From Chiloscyllium plagiosum (taxonomy: Eukaryota), in NCBI RefSeq assembly GCF_004010195.1, contig NC_057756.1:10497299-10531477 (forward strand): 34,179 nt of DNA, in the 5' to 3' direction. The notes beneath the pieces were generated by a model that made no database searches, was not told where the DNA came from, and saw nothing but the letters and a program-made list of their open reading frames with translations. Positions within the stretch are counted from its first letter, which is position 1; each line of letters starts with the position of its first letter. A program made the position numbers and the translations under genes. This document shows positions 20,538-31,844 of the stretch, in pieces.

Positions 20538-21094
20538 TTATTTCTGTGACCCATCTCTACAAATTCAGATTTTTACCTTAGGACTGAGTCTCATTCCATA
20601 CAACACATTGCAGAATATCAGAGCACTGATAGCCAAAAGCTACCTGAAGATGCAGAACTGGATGCCAAGTGAAGCAAGGAGGTACTAGATCTGGTAACCA
20701 AAACACGAGTCGAGGAAATCGGTTTTAAGGAGTGGTTTAATGAGGTCGTGGCATGTCATGGTTCCAGGACTAAGAGGCTACGCAGCTGTAGTGATGGACA
20801 TGTGGAATGAGAGGAAATTCCTCCAAACTTGGAGGGATACGGAGATCCCAGACGGTGTAGCATCATTCAAGGTGAGACTCAACTAGAATGGGTCCCTCTA
20901 TAAATACAGGAAAGATAACACTGTTGGTGCTGAGAATACACAGAAAGGAACATTGACCTTCCTGGTCAATAATTTCACAGACAGGTCACACCATTGGAAG
21001 GAGAATGGAACTGCACTGTGACAAGTTGACATCATTAATCCCATTCTAAGTGTAGATGCTGGATCTACCGCAGACTGAACATTCAGAGAACCCC

Positions 21095-21210
21095 TACGGT
21101 TCGGAATCAGGCCATTCAACCCATCAAGTCCACAATCACCCTCTGATAAGCATCCCACCCAGACCCACCCCTCTCCCTTACCCTTACAATCCTGCATTCC
21201 CCATGGCATC
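21095..21210 (-). mobile_element. HE1 SINE 3' fragment
   Basis: CAGGCCATTCAACCCATCAAGTCCACA...CATCCCACCCAGACCCACCC. Confidence 0.7.
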
Positions 21211-21320
21211 CAACCCAGTCTGCATTTTCAGCACTTTATCGATAGGGATATTATTTAAATAGTAGCATTATATTCAATTATTCCACAAATGCCATTTTTA
21301 TAAACGTGTTTAACACTTAC

Positions 21321-21590
21321 TAGATATATTAAATTGCACTTCCTTCTGATTTACGTCATTCTTAATGACACATTTGTATGACCCACAATCAGATTCATTA
21401 ATAGCAACAATCATCAAAACAATGCCACTCTCTGATATTGAATGTCTGCTGTCATTGGTCAATGTTTCATCATCCTTTTCCCAGTGAAATTGTGGATTTG
21501 TTCCGTTTTCAATCTTACATATGAAGGTATGGTTGCCACCTTTACTGAACTCCGTCTCGTTCCATTTAACACTGGGTGTTGAAATAGATT
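21321..21590 (-). CDS. Immunoglobulin domain exon (C2/I-set, 270 nt, phase 1 to 1) of a CD2/SLAM/CEACAM/HEPACAM-like membrane protein
   Basis: xSISTPSVKWNETEFSKGGNHTFICKIENGTNPQFHWEKDDETLTNDSRHSISESGIVLMIVAINESDCGSYKCVIKNDVNQKEVQFNIS has the B-strand Cys, C-strand Trp and DxGxYxC. Acceptor cccttttgttcttcacag|, donor A|gtaagtg. Confidence 0.92.
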
Positions 21591-21689
21591 CTGTGAAGAA
21601 CAAAAGGGTTGACAAACAGCAGAGAAGCTAATTACAAACCAATGCACCAAGAATGATTGGTCTACAGCCTCTGATTTGATTGGTTGTTG

Positions 21690-21975
21690 TTGCATGTACC
21701 TAAGTGCAGTGAAAGGTTTTGTTATGTGCGTAGTACGGGCAGATCCGAACGTACAAGGACAGACAGATCATAGGGTGTTTAGGCTGAGTGAGACGTACAG
21801 GTTACACTGCACAGGAGGTTCACAATAGTGGGATTGACATTAGATTTGAACTTTGAGAGGCCTGTTTAGCAGTCTAATAACAGCAGGAAAGAAGCTGTTT
21901 TTCACCCTGTTGGTGCATGTGTTCAGGCGTCTGTACCTTCTGCCTGAGAGGGGAGGTTGGAAGAGATTATTACCT
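21690..21975 (-). mobile_element. Rex1/Babar-like LINE 3' fragment
   Basis: Reverse similarity to 23440-23700 (AGTCTAATAACAGCAGGAAAGAAGCTGTT...GTTCAGGCGTCTGTACCTTCTGCC). Confidence 0.6.
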
Positions 21976-22014
21976 GGGGGTGGGAATCCTCAATAAATAC
22001 ATAATAAAAAAACA

Positions 22015-22266
22015 AGAGTCATTCTTCTCTCGGGCGTTGTGGGTCTTTGGAACTCCTGCCACAGTCACCCGTGGGGGCAGATTCCTTGTGTATGTTTAAG
22101 GCTGAGATAGATTCTTGATCAGTTGGGTAATCAAGAGTTATGGGGCAAGGGCAGGAACTTGGATGTGAGGAATGTCAGCTCAGACATGATCCTATTGAGT
22201 GGGGTAGCAGGCTTGGAGGGCAGAACAGCCTCCTCCTCTTCCCCTTCCTTATGGTCTATGGTCTTA
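22015..22266 (+). mobile_element. CR1 LINE 3' end
   Basis: TTTAAGGCTGAGATAGATTCTTG...CATGATCCTATTGAGTGG...cttatggtctatggtctt tail. Confidence 0.75.
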
Positions 22267-22289
22267 AGGTTCTGAACCAGACCAAAACT

Positions 22290-23706
22290 GGTCATCGTGA
22301 CTTCAGCTGTCTGGGTGGAAGACCTGGAAAAATGGTGCACTGAGAACAACCTAGCTTCCTGGCAAAACCAAGGAATTCATTATAGGGGAACCTCGATTAT
22401 CCAAATACCAATTATCTGAAAATCGGATTATCCGAAGGAGGTCCCGGTAGAAACGTTACATCAAAGACATCTTTCCAGCACTGATCGTGTCTTTTGTTTA
22501 CAGTGATTAAACAGGCACCCTCTCCAAATGACTGACCTCCCACCCTCTCTCTCTCCCCACACACTTTCCCTGGAGTACCCTAACCTCCCCACCTCCCTCC
22601 CTTTCCCAGGAATGATCTCTCCAACGTTGTCCTGTACAGGCAAACGTGAAACCTGTCAAAAGTTTGCAGTAAAAAGTTGTGTGTGTGACTGTGGCTGTGT
22701 CTGTGCGCTATTTGGAGACTTACCCCACAAACGTAGCTGCCGCAGTAATCTTATTGTTGGTGTGCAGTCTGGATGCCCTGGAGAGGGATCGTGGATGGAC
22801 GGGGTGGGGGGGGGGGGGGGGGAGGGGGCGGGGTTGGATTGGGTTTGGGGGCGGGGCCTCACGCACTGTGTGCTGCTGCAGGCTCCTGAACAGGGAGCAG
22901 ACTTAAAAATTCCGAGCCCTCGAGGAAAGGCATTTAATCGATTTTCCGAATAATCGATTATCCGAACGAAATAGTGTCCGCCCATCTCGTTCGGATAATC
23001 GAGGTTCCACTGTATTGGTTTTCAGCGGGATGTTACTCATGTCCCCCTACACATTAATAGCACAGAGGTGGAATGAGTGGAGAGTGTCAAGCTCCTGGGA
23101 GTGGTCATCCACAACAGGCTTTCTTGGACTCATCATGTGGGTGAACTGGTTACAAAGGCCCAACAACGTCTCTTCTTCCTCAGGCAGCTGAGGAAATTTG
23201 GCGTGACGGTGAATACCCTAGCCAACTTTTATAGGAGCGCCATCGAGAGCATTCTGTCTGGATGTATCAGTACCTGGTATGGCAACTGTACCATTCAGGA
23301 TCGGAGATGGTTACAGAGAGTGGTGAACTCGCCCCGGACAATCACAAAGGCCAACCTCCCATCTACAGAATCCATCTACCAGGGCCACTGTCAAGGAAAG
23401 GCCACCCAGTATTCTCAAAGATCCATCCCACCCCGGCAGTTCTACAACCTCTATCATCGGGGAGAAGGTACAGCAGTCTGAACTCACTAACCAGCCGGTT
23501 TTGTAACAGTTTCCACCCTCCTGTTGTTAGAATACTGAATGGACTCTCAAACTCTTAACATTCTCCTGTACCTGTGTTTTGGTTTTTGCCGCTGTTTACC
23601 TATTATTTACAATCTATGCTACTTAACTCTGTGATCTGCTTGGATTGCTCACAAGGGAAAACTTTGCCACTGTGCCTCGGTACACGGGACAATAAATTCA
23701 GTTCAA
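22290..23706 (+). mobile_element. Rex1/Babar LINE 3' fragment, interrupted by a MITE
   Basis: WCTENNL..KTKEFI|IGFQRD is rejoined across the MITE; VESVKLLGVVIHNRLSWTHH...KAQQRLFFLRQLRKFG...FYRSAIESILSGCISTWYGN; tail ACAATAAATTCAGTTCAA. Confidence 0.9.
22383..23012. mobile_element. Tc1/mariner (Tigger/pogo-type) MITE, 630 bp, TA TSD
   Basis: TA|TAGGGGAACCTCGATTATCCAAA ... TTCGGATAATCGAGGTTCCACTG|TA; internal subterminal GATTATCCGAA repeats. Confidence 0.9.
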
Positions 23707-24109
23707 TGTTCTGAATGTCTCTGCTTTTCTCTTCAAACTAAGCGTAAGTTTACATTTTACTGTGTGAAATTGGAACAAAGGAACAAAGGGATCTAGAGGG
23801 GACAGGATGAGAAAGAATCTCTAACCTTTCGCTGAACAAGTTACTATTCATGTCCCTGTGATATATATGTCTCAAATAGGGATCGATGGGGATGATTCCA
23901 GAAGACAGCGTGAATAGGTGAGGATTCGTTTCCTGTGTCAAGACATGGTTTATGGGCGGCGTTAAAATCGCAAAAGGGCGTCATAGAATCATCAAAAGAA
24001 TTAGCACAGGAAGAGTCCATTGTGTCTGTAACAGTTCTTTGAGAGACCCATCCCCATAATCCCATTCCATTTGATTGCTACCTTGCAATATCTTTCTTCC
24101 TGAGTATTT

Positions 24110-24320
24110 GGGAAGTGGTGGTGGATTAATGGTTCCGAGTCTCAGGCTAATGCTCTGGGCTATGAGGTCAAGTGCCCAACGTGGCATAACATGAAATTTG
24201 AATTCAGGTAGAAGCCAGCAGGTGTATAATCTAGCTTGCTGTTGACCATGTACCTGCTGCTGAAAGCCGTGGAGTCCCATGTGGTTCACTAATGACCTTT
24301 CAGGAAGATCTGTACTCCTC
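24110..24320 (+). mobile_element. Shark SINE (SacSINE1-like), degenerate
   Basis: Similar to 33262-33572: TGAAATTTGAATTCA...GACCATG...CCCATGTGGTTCACTAATGACCTTTCAGGAAG. Confidence 0.55.
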
Positions 24321-24411
24321 ATAATCTGGGGATCATGGTGGGACAGTGGCTAAAGGTCAGTAGGCAGGTACAGCAGGCAGTGAGGAAAGCAAATGGTGTG
24401 CTGGCCTTCAC

Positions 24412-24984
24412 AGAGTTAGAGAGTCAGAGAGCTGTACAGCACAGAAACAGACCCTTTGGTCCAATTCATCCATATCGACCCTAACCTACACTAGTCCCAT
24501 TTGCCAGCACCTGGCCCATATCCCTCTAAACCCTTCCTATTCATATACCAATCCAGATGCCTTTTAAAAGTTGTCGTTGTACCAGCCTCCACCACATCCT
24601 CTGGCAGCTCATTCCAAACACCCTGTGCAAGAAAGTTGTCCCTTAGGTCTCTTTTATATCTTTCCCCTCTCACCCTAAACCTGTGCCCTCTAGTTCTGGA
24701 CTCCCCCACCCCAGAGAAAAGACTTTGTCTATTTATCCTATCCATGCTCCTCATGATTTTATAAACCTCTATAAGGTCACCCCTCAGCCTCCGACGCTCC
24801 AGGGAAAACAGACCCAGCCTGTTCAGCCTCTCCCTGTAGCTCAAACCCTCCAACCCTGGCAACATCCTTGTAAATCTTTTCTGAACCCTTTCAAGGTTCA
24901 CAACATCCTTCTGATAGGAGGGGAACCAGAATTTCACGCAATATTCCAAAAGTGGCCACCAATTTCCTGTACACCTGCAACATA
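24412..24984 (-). mobile_element. HER1 LINE 3' fragment
   Basis: PLLEYCVKFWFPSYQKDVVNLERVQKRFTRMLPGLEGLSYRERLNRLGLFSLERRRLRGDLIEVYKIMR. Confidence 0.93.
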
Positions 24985-25603
24985 GTGGGAGGATTAGAGT
25001 ATCACAGTAAGGGCGTCTTGCTGCGGTTACCCAGGGCCTTGGTGAGGCCACTCCTTGAAGACTGTGTGCAGTTTCGGTCTCCTAGTTTTGAGGGAGGGAC
25101 ATTCCCGCTATTGAGGGATCCCAGCGAAGGTTCACCAGACTGATTCCTGGGATGGTGGGACTCATATATGGGGAAAGACTGGATCGACTGGGATTGTACT
25201 CACTGGAATTTAGAGGAGTGAGGGGGAGGAATTCTCATGGAAACATAGAAAATCCTGATGGGATTGGATAGGCTGGATGTGGGAGAAATGTTGGGGCAAG
25301 TCCACAACTAGGGGTCACAGTCCATGAATAAAAGGGGTAAGCCATTCCGGACCGAGATGAGGGAGAATTTCTTCACTCAGGGAGTTGGGAACCTGTGGAA
25401 TTCTGTCCCACAGGAAGCTGTTGGGGCCAGTTCATTAGATATATCCAAGAGGGAGTTGGATGTGGATCATGGGGCTAAAGGGATCAAGGGGAGAGGGTGG
25501 GAATGGGATCCTGAGATTGTACAGTCAGCCATTATGGTATTGGATGATGGTTCAGGTGCCAAGGGCTGACTGGCCTACTCCTGTATCTATTTTCTGTGTT
25601 TCT
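24985..25603 (+). mobile_element. CR1 LINE 3' fragment
   Basis: GLEYHSKGVLLRLPRALVRPLLEDCVQF..., FRTEMRENFFTQGVGNLWNSVPQEAV. Confidence 0.88.
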
Positions 25604-25692
25604 ATCGATCCCCCGTCAACCATCTCAGCTCCAGCGAAAACATTCCGAGCGTATTCCTCCTCTCTCTCTCTCAATCACTGAAATCTCACAAG

Positions 25693-25862
25693 CTCTTAAC
25701 ATTCTCCTGTACCTGTGTTTTGGTTTTTGCCGCTGTTTACCTATTATTTACAATCTATGCTACTTAACTCTGTGATCTGCCTGGATTGCTCACAAGGGAA
25801 AACTTTGCCACTGTGCCTCGGTACACGTGACAATAAATAAACTCAATTCAATTCAATTCAAA
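25693..25862 (+). mobile_element. Rex1/Babar 3'UTR copy
   Basis: Nearly identical to 23552-23697; (attca)n tail. Confidence 0.85.
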
Positions 25863-25972
25863 TTCTCCATCCCAGGGCAACATCCTGATGCATCGCCCTC
25901 TGTACCCCCTTCCAGTACAATCCCACCCTTCCTGTAATGTGGGGACCAGAACTATACACAGAACTCCAGCCA

Positions 25973-26190
25973 TAACTGGCTAAAGGGATAGCGTAGGAGG
26001 AAGGGTGTTCGATTTTTGCATCATTGGGACAGCTTTTGGGATAGATGGGATTTCTACACTATGGATGGGTTGTCCCTGGATGGGAAAGGATTAATTTTCT
26101 TGAGAGATCAAATATTTTCAGAGATCTAAGATCTTAAAGAGATCTTAACTAATCTGGGAGATTTTAAATTGACCCAGCAGGGGGATGCAA
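25973..26190 (+). mobile_element. CR1 ORF1 SGNH-esterase C-terminal remnant
   Basis: NWLKG*RRRKGVRFLHHWDSFWDRWDFYTMDGLSLDGKG (decayed DGLHL motif). Confidence 0.7.
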
Positions 26191-26259
26191 CACAGAGTCG
26201 GTGTAAAATCTTGTCCAAGGTCCAAGCAGATCTAGAAGCAATACTAGCGCAGTCCAGTA

Positions 26260-26598
26260 GGTGGAGATATTATCAAGCTGCAGTGGGTTCAGAGGCGATG
26301 TTGTGAGGAACGGGAGGGTTTATGTTATAAGGAGAGGCTGGATAGGCTGGGACTTTTTTCACTGGAGCCTAAGAGGTTGAGAGGAGACCTGATTGAAGTT
26401 TATAAAACAATGAAGGGTATAGATAGAGTTAACGGTAGGTGTACTCTCCCGCGGATGAGGGAATGCAAGACTGGAGAGCACATTGTTAAGGTGAGAGGAG
26501 GGAGATTTAAAAGAGAGGAAGGGGGGACAAATTTTAGTGGGTGGTCCATGTGCGGAATGAATTTCCTGAGGAAATGGGATGTGTGGGTACAGTTATAA
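26260..26598 (+). mobile_element. HER1/CR1 LINE 3' fragment
   Basis: RGDLIEVYKTMKGIDRVNG...VKVRGGRFKR. Confidence 0.85.
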
Positions 26599-26600
26599 TA

Positions 26601-26850
26601 CCCTCTAGTGTTGGACTCCCCTATCCTGGGGGGATAAAAAACCTTGTCTATTTACCCTATCCATGCCCCTCATGATTTTGTAAACCTCTATAAGGTCACC
26701 CCTCAGCCTCCGAGAGCTCCAGTGAAAACAGCTCCAGCCTATTCAACCTCTCCCTGTAGCACAAATCCTCCAACCCTGGCAACATCCTTGTAAATCTTTT
26801 CTGAGTCCTTTCGAATTTCACAACCTCCTTCCGATAGCAGGGAGACCAGA
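26601..26850 (-). mobile_element. HER1 LINE fragment
   Basis: Same sequence family and orientation as 24690-24930. Confidence 0.85.
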
Positions 26851-27254
26851 GCCCTTAGAAACAATTTCCACTGGACATTCTGCCTCTCTCAGTCCATTTT
26901 ACACATCCCACGTTACAATGATGACCTGCGATATTGATGTCATTATTAGCCACATCCCTCTCATGTACACAACTAATCCTGTAAATGCATGGTAAATTAC
27001 AGGCATCTCTATGGACAGCTCTAGGTCCTCCATCGGATCATAGAATCCCAGCATTGTGGAAGTAGGCCATTCAGCCCATTGAGTCCATACCAACTCTCCA
27101 AAGAGCTTTGGCATCTATTTTTTCTCTGAAATTCATGCAGTTACCTTATCTTTCTCAAATGTATTCAACAGCACCCTAAATGTGAGAAAAAGTGCAGCGT
27201 GTCCTCTCCCTTGCAAAACCAAACACAATTTCAGCATGGAGACGAAAGTGAGAC

Positions 27255-27484
27255 CCTCCTGATGCTGGAGATCAGAGTCGACAATGTGATGCTGGAGAAG
27301 CACAGTAGGTCAGGCAGCATTCAAGAATCATCACGCTACCAGAATCACGGGTGAAGTTCTCCAGGCAGTTGCTTGTGAAAAACCGAGGCAGTTTGTGATC
27401 TTTGCTTTGATTCTCCTGCTCCTCGGATGCTGCCTGACCTGCTGTGCGTTTCCAGCACTACGTTCTTGACAACAACTTCAGCAT
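27255..27484. mobile_element. Penelope-derived inverted arms around a ~100-bp spacer
   Basis: GATGCTGGAGAAGCACAGTAGGTCAGGCAGCAT / ATGCTGCCTGACCTGCTGTGCGTTTCCAGCA. Confidence 0.7.
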
Positions 27485-28130
27485 GATCTCTCAAATCTTA
27501 GGATCTATACCTCACCTTGTAAAAGCAAATGTCCTGTATGCTTTCTTGACCACGCTATCTACCTGCCAAGCCACTTTCAGAGATCTACAGATGCTGGCCA
27601 ATGTTCATCTGTTTCTCTGCCCTCAGTAATCTTATATTGTATATCCGCTCGTCTTCTGAGCTCAGGATATCATAGTTAGAATTTCCAGGCCTCAAAAATG
27701 AATTCCTTGAGCCTTTCATATCCTCCATTGGCATCAAACAGAGCTATGCACATCAAATTTTCAAATTCTATGATGAGATCACTGATCTGCCCTCTCCCAA
27801 CTTGCTCCCTCATGTCCCTCAGTCTTTGAGGGTGAGTATGGAAGTAATTTGGAACTTTAATTTCAGACAATGAGGCAGGGAAAAGGCCTTGTCTACAGTA
27901 TCACAAGCTATGGATAGGAGACAGAGATATTTACTGATGGTAAAAGATGATGTTGAGACCATTACTATTTTTCTTTCCTTTTTAGTTTTTGGTTTGGACC
28001 TTGGAAATTGGACTTTGAAATTTGAGCAGGGCTTGTTTTAGAAAGAGAAATAAGGAGGGAACTAAAGACTGCTGTTTATCTGGGAACTGGTCTCAAAAGA
28101 TAATGCAGGTGAATTACTGCTCTGAGGACA

Positions 28131-28152
28131 NNNNNNNNNNNNNNNNNNNNNN
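28131..28152. other. Assembly gap (22 N), followed by a Penelope-derived arm
   Basis: Run of N, then GATGCTGCCTGACCTGCTGCGCTTTTCCAGCA. Confidence 1.
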
Positions 28153-28964
28153 GATGCTGCCTGACCTGCTGCGCTTTTCCAGCAACACATTTCCATCTTT
28201 GATCTAATTATTCTCCAGTTATTAACTTCTGAACATCCACAGAAAAGAAAACCAGTCTATACCAAATCAGGAAATATGTCCAGAGATCTGCAGATGCTGT
28301 TTGCATATATAACTCCAGAATTCATGCAGAATATAATCCAGATGCCTGGATTTCATGAAGGCTTGGTGTTAATCCTCGAAACGGCTGTCAAACTGGCAAC
28401 TTATGATTTTTATCCCTTAACTGTGTCTGTCGATGTGTGAGTGAAGATTCATATTCAGAGACAATTGGGTTTCTGCCATAGATACTAATTGGATTACTTT
28501 GTAGTTCATCTGTGTTCTGAAAAGATTTATCTAATTAAAATGAATTGTTAACTTTTTGGTGTCCAAGATCAGCTATTCATAAAGTCTGATCAGGAACAAC
28601 TGAGCAACTTTGAGAGTGATTGAATGGGAAAATTGTGTTGAGAATCCAGTGATAGCGAGGCTGGTTTATTCTGGTTAGTTATCTCTAAACTGATGTAATT
28701 TCCCAGACAGTGGATCCTTTCAGCTTCCATTTTCAACAGAGATGTTTCAAAAGACAGAGTGAGGACATGGTCCATAACTGAGTATAATGCAGCTGCCTAC
28801 AACTCCCTGTCAACTTCAAATACCACGGTCCTCTCTTTTCCTCTGAATAGCATGACAATGTTCTCCTCAAGTGAAGCCAGACTGTGCCATTTCAAAGGCT
28901 TATGTTGGTTGATCATTTGCTTGTTTTCGTTAACACTGACAATGTTTTTACAACTGTCTTACAG

Positions 28965-29005
28965 AATGTCAATGTGCTCCCCCTACTGGAGATTGGAACA
29001 GAAGG
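28965..29005 (+). CDS. Candidate small exon (41 nt): MSMCSPYWRLEQK; may extend upstream to an acceptor at 28850
   Basis: Acceptor ttttacaactgtcttacag| and donor G|gtgagc; all three frames are open. Confidence 0.4.
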
Positions 29006-29496
29006 GTGAGCTTTTGTCTGCAGCACAGAGTACTCTTCACAGTTTAAGTGCCGTGCTAGGTGCAGCCTAGAGGATAGAGTGGCAAACTGGGTATTGTCAG
29101 GCTGGAGCCAAGGCTGGGTCAGTGCCAAGTCCTGATGCAAAAAAGGAGCATCAACCCCAGGCTGCTGACTCCACTAGGGGAGAGTGGTGGCAATCCGGAA
29201 CTCACTGACTGTGAGGCTGGGACTGGCAGACACCCTCAGCTCATTGGAGAAGAGTTTAGATGTACACTTGTCAAACCAAGGCTATGGGCCAAGTGTTGGG
29301 AAATGGGATTAGGTGCTTGGCTTTGACTAGCTCAAACTCAATGGTCCAAAAGGTCTTTTTTTCCCCCTTTGCTGTTGACATCTGAAACTGGAATTTAAAA
29401 GATTAACTTGATTGAAACACAAGATGTCCTGAGGGGATTTGACAAGGTGGATGTGGAGTGGATGGTTCCTCCTGCCAATAGGGTCAGGATTTGCTC

Positions 29497-30219
29497 ATAG
29501 AGTCGTAGAGATGTACAGCACGGAAACAGACCCTTCGGTCCAACCCGTCCATGCCGACCAGATATCCCAACCTAACTTAGTCCCATTTGCCATCATTTGG
29601 CCCATATCCCTCTAAACCCTTCCTATTCATAGACCCATCCAGATGCCTTTTAAATGTTGTCATTGTACCAGCCTCCACCACTTCCCCAGGCAGCTCATTC
29701 CATACACGTACCACCCTCTGGGTGAAAACATTGTCCCTTCAGTCCCTTTTAAATCTTTCTCCTCTCACCCAAAACCTATGCCCCTCTCGTTCTGGACTCC
29801 CCCACCTCAGGGAAAATACTTTGTCTATTTACCCTATCCATGCCCCTCATGATTTTATAAACCTCTATAAGGTCACCCCTCAGCCTCCGACGCTCCAGGG
29901 AACACAGCCCCAGTCTATTCAACCTCTCCCTAAAGCTCAAATGTCCAAACCTAGCAATGTCCTTGTCAATCTATTCTGAACCCTTTCAAATTTCACAACT
30001 CCCTTCCTATAGCAGGGATACCAGAATTGTATGCAATATTCCAACAGTGGCCTAACCAATGTCCTATACAGCCGCAACATGACCTCCCAACTCCCACACT
30101 CAATGCTCTGACCAATAAAGGAAAGCATACCAAATGCTTGCTTCACTATCCTGTTTACCTGTAACTCCACTTTCAAAGAACTATGAACCTGCACTCCAAG
30201 GTCTCTTTGTTCAGCAACA
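29497..30219 (-). mobile_element. HER1 LINE 3' fragment
   Basis: VKQAFGMLSFIGQSIECGSWEVMLRLYRTLVRPLLEYCIQFW...; catagagtcgtagagatg tail. Confidence 0.93.
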
Positions 30220-30221
30220 AA

Positions 30222-30730
30222 GACTAGTGAAGAAAGTGTTTGGAATGCTTTCCTTTATCAGATGGTGCATTGAGTATCAGAGTTGGGAGGTCATGTCCTG
30301 GCTGTACAGGGCATGAGTTCAGCCACTCTTAGAATACTGTGTTCAGTTCTGGTCTCCCTGCTACAGGAAAGATTTTGTGTAACTTGAAAGAGTTCAGAAA
30401 AGATTTATAATGATGTTACCAGGGTTGGAGGGTCTGAGCTACAGGGAGAGGCTGAACAGGCTGTGGCTGTTTTCCCTGGAGCATCGGAGGCTGAGGGGTG
30501 ACCCTATAGAGGTTTATAAAATCATGAGGGGCATGGAAAGGGTAAATAGACAAGGTCTTTTTCCCCTGGGGTAGCAGAGTCCAAAACTTAAGGTGAGAGG
30601 AGAAAGATTTAAAAGGGACCTAAGGGGTAACATTTTCACACAGAGGGTGGTACGTGTATGGAATGAGCTGCCAGAGGAAGTGGTGGAGGCTGATACAATG
30701 ACAGCATTTCAAAGGCATCTGGATGGGTAT
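30222..30730 (+). mobile_element. HER1 LINE fragment, head to head with the previous copy
   Basis: LVKKVFGMLSFIRWCIEYQSWEVM...; GTATGGAATGAGCTGCCAGAGGAAGTGGTGG. Confidence 0.92.
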
Positions 30731-30784
30731 TGCTAATTGGAGTGGCTAACCTGATTGAGCAGGATTGCTCTCTGAAACCTCGCA

Positions 30785-31465
30785 ACATAGACAATGGGTG
30801 CAGGAGTCGGCCATTCGGCCCTTCAAGCCTGTACTACCATTCAATACGATCATGGCTGACAATGCAATCTCAGGATCCCATTCCCACCCTCTCCCCAATC
30901 GGTTGTGTGCAGTAACAGACCATGTGACAGCAAGGCCTGGTGTGTGGGGTCTGGGATAAGGGCATGGGAGAACATACCTCCAGCCCCAAAATTGTTGAAC
31001 TCAATAATGAGTCCAGAAGGCTGTAGAGTTTCAGATTCCTTGATCCCTTTAGCCCCCAAGTCCAATCCAGCTCCCAATTGGATATATCCAATGAACTGGC
31101 CCCCAACAGCTTCCTGTGGGAGAGAATTCCACAGGTGCCCAACTGTCTAAGTGAAGACATTCTCCCTCATCTCAGTCCAGAATAGCTTACCCCTAAATCA
31201 TAGACTGTGACCCCTAGTTCTGGACTTCTCCAATATCCTTCCCACATCCAGCCTGTCCAGTCCAATCAGGATTTTATATGTTCCTCTAAGAATCCACCAC
31301 CCTTCCATTGTTTAAAATTCCAGTGAGTACAATCCCAGTCGATCCAGTCTTTCCCCATATATAAGTCCCACCATCCCAGGAATCAGTCTGGTGAACCTTC
31401 GCTGGGGTCCCTCAATAGCGGGAATGTTCCTCCCTCAGACTAGGAGACTGAAACTGCACACAGTC
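30785..31465 (-). mobile_element. CR1 LINE 3' fragment interrupted at ~30898-31036
   Basis: Same family and orientation as 12305-12845. Confidence 0.85.
30900..31036 (-). mobile_element. Penelope-like GIY-YIG C-terminal remnant
   Basis: Reverse frame TLQPSGLIIEFNNF resembles the Penelope C-terminal motif LGTLxPxGLNxxF. Confidence 0.55.
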
Positions 31466-31546
31466 AAAGGTTAGTCCATCAAATCTTAACTCTGCTTTAA
31501 GTATTTCATTGTCTCCCCACTTTATGATCATGTTGCTTTATTCCAG

Positions 31547-31591
31547 GGCGCAATGACAAACCTGACAATACTGATAATGAAGATGAGTCAA
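31547..31591 (+). CDS. Candidate small exon (45 nt, phase 1 to 1): xRNDKPDNTDNEDES
   Basis: Acceptor tgttgctttattccag| and donor A|gtgagc; lies in non-repeat sequence. Confidence 0.5.
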
Positions 31592-31844
31592 GTGAGCTGA
31601 ATGCTGGCAAGGATTTAGAGATCTCACATCATGATAAAATATCCCTGAAAGGTTCGAGAGGAGCCATCAATCTCTCATGGACAATAAGAGATGGACAACA
31701 AACACTGGCATTGCCAGTGATATCCACATGAAATGAAAGACTTATTTAAACTCCACAGAGAGATGGGATAGCACAAACGATATTGATCTGATGGAGGAAC
31801 TATCTTGAGTCAGCAGTTGAATACACTTGGTTTCTCTCTTCGAA

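Noticed and set aside
24491..25051. 186-aa ORF and similar 60-160-aa ORFs throughout the window
   Set aside because: Sense or antisense translations of LINE/SINE fragments, not host genes.
26860..26980. Minus-strand acceptor with a hydrophobic frame (LVVYMRGMWLIMTSISQVIIVTWDV*)
   Set aside because: No good donor, not in phase with the neighbouring 31-nt candidate, and no recognisable domain.
27951..28598. Possible second solo LTR (TGTT...AACA) spanning the 22-N gap
   Set aside because: No matching TSD and interrupted by a gap, so it cannot be supported.
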